This document shows, piece after piece, positions 58,500 through 64,000 of a stretch of 64,000 nt of DNA. The stretch comes from Eledone cirrhosa (taxonomy: Eukaryota), in NCBI GenBank assembly GCA_964016885.1, contig OZ024754.1:20212001-20276000 (forward strand), written 5' to 3'. Position numbers and translations under genes: made by a program. Within the stretch, counting starts at the first letter, position 1. Each line of letters starts with the position of its first letter. The notes under the pieces were generated by a model, which had not been told where the DNA came from, did not search any database, and was given only the letters and a program-made list of their open reading frames with translations.

Positions 58500-61400
58500 C
58501 AAGTCACTTGCCAGAAATGTACAACTGTGGCTAAAATGACTCTTCCATGATATAGTTACTTTAGTTTCAACACAGTCACAGATCAAGTCACTTGCCAGAC
58601 ATGTACAACTGTGGCTAAAATGACTCTTCCATGATATAGTTACTTTAGTTTCAACACAGTCTCAGATCAGGGCACTTGCCAAACATGTACAACTGTGGCT
58701 ACAATGACTCTTCCATGATATAGTTACTTTAGTTTCAACACAGTCTTAGATCAAGTCACTTGCCAGACTGTGGCTAAAATGACTCTTCCTTGATATAGTT
58801 ACTTTAGTTTCAACACAGTCTCAGATCAAGTTACTTACCAGACATGTACAACTGTGGGTAAAATGACTCTTCCATGATATAGTTACTTTAGTTTCAACAC
58901 AGTCACAGATCAAGTCACTTGCCAGACACGTACAACTATGGCTAAAATGACTCTTCCATGATATAGTTACTTTAGTTTCAACACAATCTCAGATCAAGAC
59001 ACTTGCCAGACATGTACAACTGTGGCTAAAGTGACTCTTCCATGATATAGTTACTTTAGTTTCAACACAGTCACAGATCAAGTCACTTGCCAGACATGTA
59101 CAACTGTGGCTAAAATGACTCTTCCATGATATAGTTACTTTAGTTTCAACACAGTCACAGATCAAGTCACTTGCCAGACATGTACAACTGTGGCTAAAAT
59201 GACTCTTCCATGATATAGTTACTTTAGTTTCAACACAGTCTCAGATCAGGGCACATGCCAAACATGTACAACTGTGGCTAAAATGACTCTTCCATGATAT
59301 AGTTACTTTAGTTTCAACACAGTCTTAGATCAAGTCACTTGCCAGACTGTGGCTAAAATGACTCTTCCATGATATAGTTACTTTAGTTTCAACACAGTCT
59401 CAGATCAAGTTACTTACCAGACATGTACAACTGTGGGTAAAATGACTCTTCCATGATATAGTTACTTTAGTTTCAACACAATCTCAGATCAGGTCACTTG
59501 CCAGACATGTACAACTGTGACTAAAATGACGCTTCCATGATATAGTTACTTTAGTTTCAACACAATCTCAGATCAAGTCGCTTGCCAGACATGTACAACT
59601 GTGGCTAAAATCGCTCTTCCATGATATAGTTACTTTAGTTTCAACACAATCTCAGATCAAAGTCACTTGCCAGACATGTACAACTATGGCTAAAATGACT
59701 CTTCCATGATATAGTTACTTTAGTTTCAATACTGTCTTAGATCAAGTCACTTGCCAGACTGTGGCTAAAATGACTCTTCCATGATATAGTTACTTTAGTT
59801 TCAAAACAGTCTCAGATCAAGTCACTTGCCAGACATTAACATCTGTGGCTAAAATGACTCTTCCATGATATAGTTACTTTAGTTTCAACACAGTCACAGA
59901 TCAAGTCACTTGCCAGACATGTACAACTATGGCTAAAATGACTCTTCCATGATATAGTTACTTTAGTTTCAACACAATCTCAGATCAAGTCACTTGCCAG
60001 ACATGTACAACTGTGGCTAAAATGACTCTTCCATGATATAGTTACTTTAGTTTCAACACAGTCACAGATCAAGTCACTTGCCAGACATGTACAACTGTGG
60101 CTAAAATGACTCTTCCGTGATATAGTTACTTTAGTTTCAACACAGTCTCAGATCAAGTCACTTGTCATACATGTACAACTGTGGCTAAAATGACTCTTCC
60201 ATGATATAGTTACTTTAGTTTCAACACAGTCACAGATCAAGTCACTTGCCAGACACGTACAACTATGGCTAAAATGACTCTTCCATGATATAGTTACTTT
60301 AGTTTCAACACAATCTCAGATCAAGTCACTTGCCAGACATGTACAACTGTGGCTAAAGTGACTCTTCCATGATATAGTTACTTTAGTTTCAACACAGTCA
60401 CAGATCAAGTCACTTGCCAGACATGTACAACTGTGGCTAAAATGACTCTTCCATGATATAGTTACTTTAGTTTCAACACAGTCACAGATCAAATCACTTG
60501 CCAGACATGTACAACTGTGGCTAAAATGACTCTTCCATGATATAGTTACTTTAGTTTCAACACAGTCTCAGATCAGGGCACTTGCCAAACATGTACAACT
60601 GTGGCTAAAATGACTCTTCCATGATATAGTTACTTTAGTTTCAACACAGTCTTAGATCAAGTCACTTGCCAGACTGTGGCTAAAATGACTCTTCCATGAT
60701 ATAGTTACTTTAGTTTCAACACAGTCTCAGATCAAGTTACTTACCAGACATGTACAACTGTGGCTAAAATGACTCTTCCATGATATAGTTACTCTAGTTT
60801 CAACACAATCTCAGATCAAGTCACTTGCCAGACATATACAACTGTGGCTAAAATGACTCTTCCATGATATAGTTACTTTAGTTTCAACACAATCTCAGAT
60901 CAGGTCACTTGCCAGACATGTACAACTGTGACTAAAATGACGCTTCCATGATATAGTTACTTTAGTTTCAACACAATCTCAGATCAAGTCGCTTGCCAGA
61001 CATGTACAACTGTGGCTAAAATCGCTCTTCCATGATATAGTTACTTTAGTTTCAACACAATCTCAGATCAAGTCACTTGCCAGACATGTACAACTGTGGC
61101 TAAAATGACTCTTCCGTGATATAGTTACTTTAGTTTCAATACTGTCTTAGATCAAGTCACTTGCCAGACTGTGGCTAAAATGACTCTTCCATGATATAGT
61201 TACTTTAGTTTCAAAACAGTCTCAGATCAAGTCACTTGCCAGACATTTACATCTGTGGCTAAAATGACTCTTCCATGATATAGTTACTTTAGTTTCAACA
61301 CAATCTCAGATCAAGTCACATGCCAGACATGTACAACTGTGGCTAAAATGACTCTTCCATGATATAGTTACTTTAGTTTCAACACAATCTCAGATCAAGT

Positions 61401-64000
61401 CACTTGCCAGAAATGTACAACTGTGGCTAAAATGACTCTTCCATGATATAGTTACTTTAGTTTCAACACAGTCACAGATCAGGTCACTTGCCAGACATGT
61501 ACAACTGTGGCTAAAATGACTCTTCCATGATATAGTTACTTTAGTTTCAACACAGTCTCAGATCAGGGCACTTGCCAAACATGTACAACTGTGGCTAAAA
61601 TGACTCTTCCATGATATAGTTACTTTAGTTTCAACACAGTCTTAGATCAAGTCACTTGCCAGACTGTGGCTAAAATGACTCTTCCTTGATATAGTTACTT
61701 TAGTTTCAACACAGTCTCAGATCAAGTTACTTACCAGACATGTACAACTGTGGGTAAAATGACTCTTCCATGATATAGTTACTTTAGTTTCAACACAGTC
61801 ACAGATCAAGTCACTTGCCAGACACGTACAACTATGGCTAAAATGACTCTTCCATGATATAGTTACTTTAGTTTCAACACAATCTCAGATCAAGACACTT
61901 GCCAGACATGTACAACTGTGGCTAAAGTGACTCTTCCATGATATAGTTACTTTAGTTTCAACACAGTCACAGATCAAGTCACTTGCCAGACATGTACAAC
62001 TGTGGCTAAAATGACTCTTCCATGATATAGTTACTTTAGTTTCAACACAGTCACAGATCAAGTCACTTGCCAGACATGTACAACTGTGGCTAAAATGACT
62101 CTTCCATGATATAGTTACTTTAGTTTCAACACAGTCTCAGATCAGGGCACATGCCAAACATGTACAACTGTGGCTAAAATGACTCTTCCATGATATAGTT
62201 ACTTTAGTTTCAACACAGTCTTAGATCAAGTCACTTGCCAGACTGTGGCTAAAATGACTCTTCCATGATATAGTTACTTTAGTTTCAACACAGTCTCAGA
62301 TCAAGTTACTTACCAGACATGTACAACTGTGGGTAAAATGACTCTTCCATGATATAGTTACTTTAGTTTCAACACAATCTCAGATCAGGTCACTTGCCAG
62401 ACATGTACAACTGTGACTAAAATGACGCTTCCATGATATAGTTACTTTAGTTTCAACACAATCTCAGATCAAGTCGCTTGCCAGACATGTACAACTGTGG
62501 CTAAAATCGCTCTTCCATGATATAGTTACTTTAGTTTCAACACAATCTCAGATCAAAGTCACTTGCCAGACATGTACAACTATGGCTAAAATGACTCTTC
62601 CATGATATAGTTACTTTAGTTTCAATACTGTCTTAGATCAAGTCACTTGCCAGACTGTGGCTAAAATGACTCTTCCATGATATAGTTACTTTAGTTTCAA
62701 AACAGTCTCAGATCATGTCACTTGCCAGACATTAACATCTGTGGCTAAAATGACTCTTCCATGATATAGTTACTTTAGTTTCAACACAGTCACAGATCAA
62801 GTCACTTGCCAGACATGTACAACTATGGCTAAAATGACTCTTCCATGATATAGTTACTTTAGTTTCAACACAATCTCAGATCAAGTCACTTGCCAGACAT
62901 GTACAACTGTGGCTAAAATGACTCTTCCATGATATAGTTACTTTAGTTTCAACACAGTCACAGATCAAGTCACTTGCCAGACATGTACAACTGTGGCTAA
63001 AATGACTCTTCCGTGATATAGTTACTTTAGTTTCAACACAGTCTCAGATCAAGTCACTTGTCATACATGTACAACTGTGGCTAAAATGACTCTTCCATGA
63101 TATAGTTACTTTAGTTTCAACACAGTCACAGATCAAGTCACTTGCCAGACACGTACAACTATGGCTAAAATGACTCTTCCATGATATAGTTACTTTAGTT
63201 TCAACACAATCTCAGATCAAGTCACTTGCCAGACATGTACAACTGTGGCTAAAGTGACTCTTCCATGATATAGTTACTTTAGTTTCAACACAGTCACAGA
63301 TCAAGTCACTTGCCAGACATGTACAACTGTGGCTAAAATGACTCTTCCATGATATAGTTACTTTAGTTTCAACACAGTCACAGATCAAGTCACTTGCCAG
63401 ACATGTACAACTGTGGCTAAAATGACTCTTCCATGATATAGTTACTTTAGTTTCAACACAGTCTCAGATCAGGGCACTTGCCAAACATGTACAACTGTGG
63501 CTAAAATGACTCTTCCATGATATAGTTACTTTAGTTTCAACACAGTCTTAGATCAAGTCACTTGCCAGACTGTGGCTGAAATGACTCTTCCATGATATAG
63601 TTACTTTAGTTTCAACACAGTCTCAGATCAAGTTACTTACCAGACATGTACAACTGTGGCTAAAATGACTCTTCCATGATATAGTTACTCTAGTTTCAAC
63701 ACAATCTCAGATCAAGTCACTTGCCAGACATATACAACTGTGGCTAAAATGACTCTTCCATGATATAGTTACTTTAGTTTCAACACAATCTCAGATCAGG
63801 TCACTTGCCAGACATGTACAACTGTGACTAAAATGACGCTTCCATGATATAGTTACTTTAGTTTCAACACAATCTCAGATCAAGTCGCTTGCCAGACATG
63901 TACAACTGTGGCTAAAATCGCTCTTCCATGATATAGTTACTTTAGTTTCAACACAATCTCAGATCAAGTCACTTGCCAGACATGTACAACTGTGGCTAAA
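58500..64000. repeat. 35-monomer tandem duplication (2896 bp); second copy truncated by the window end
   Basis: Markers ACTCTAGTTT (60791/63687), TTCCTTGATA (~58786/~61682), CCAGAAATG (58511/61407); 35x84-45+1=2896. Confidence 0.88.

Larger units (their letters stand above)
1..64000. repeat. 84-bp tandem satellite DNA array (~770 monomers, one orientation, runs off both window edges)
   Basis: TTCCATGATA recurs at 1, 85, 169 ... 421, 841, 1261. Monomers typically differ from the consensus by 0-5 changes. The manual count 769x84 + 77 (partial last unit) - 77x9 + 22x1 - 2 equals 64000. Confidence 0.99.

Noticed and set aside
1-64000. Giant repeat protein under TGA recoding (Trp, Cys or Sec): three frames have only one TGA per consensus monomer, one contains CQTC, and the 9-bp deletion is in frame
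   Set aside because: There are 22 propagated +1 frameshifts. The C37T monomers give TAG or TAA in two of the frames, and TAA/TAG variants occur in the third (~4851, ~53757). The cysteines mutate freely (TGT to CGT, TAT, TTT; TGC to TAC). This pattern fits neutral non-coding evolution; a formal dN/dS per frame would settle it.
1-64000. CRISPR array (GTTTCAAC resembles the GTTTCAAT/ATTGAAAC ends of some CRISPR repeats)
   Set aside because: There are no unique spacers because the entire 84 bp is repeated, and there is no leader or cas gene.
1-64000. Telomeric repeat, G-quadruplex array or CENP-B box
   Set aside because: The consensus has no G-run longer than 2, no TTAGGG-like unit and no TTCG....A..CGGG motif.
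1-64000. Inversions, transposon insertions or target-site duplications within the array
   Set aside because: None were seen. The monomer count and indel arithmetic account for all 64,000 bp in one orientation.
1-64000. Monomer variant order as an encoded message or a programmed diversification cassette system
   Set aside because: The order is explained by an ancestral cycle plus in-register tandem duplications and deletions. There is no expression site, recombinase or reverse transcriptase in the window.

Overview
The whole 64-kb window is one uninterrupted, head-to-tail, single-orientation satellite array. I found no genes, RNA genes, transposon insertions, CRISPR spacers or unique sequence. 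The consensus monomer is 84 bp (TTCCATGATATAGTTACTTTAGTTTCAACACAGTCTCAGATCAAGTCACTTGCCAGACATGTACAACTGTGGCTAAAATGACTC), about 38% GC, with no CpG. A manual tally gives 770 monomers (the last one partial), including 77 copies of a 75-bp deletion variant, 22 copies of an 85-bp insertion variant and one 82-bp copy; this tally sums exactly to 64,000 bp. Monomers fall into recurrent variant types that keep a conserved order, an approximately 22-monomer (1831-bp) cycle. That cycle has been reshuffled by nested, overlapping tandem duplications of 3 to 66 monomers, traceable by private SNPs. The five ORFs in the track are by-products of the 28-codon period. The array looks like eukaryotic (peri)centromeric or heterochromatic satellite DNA, but organism, family and function cannot be established from the sequence. 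I found no evidence of a new protein-coding system; the interest lies in array architecture and mutation mechanisms.
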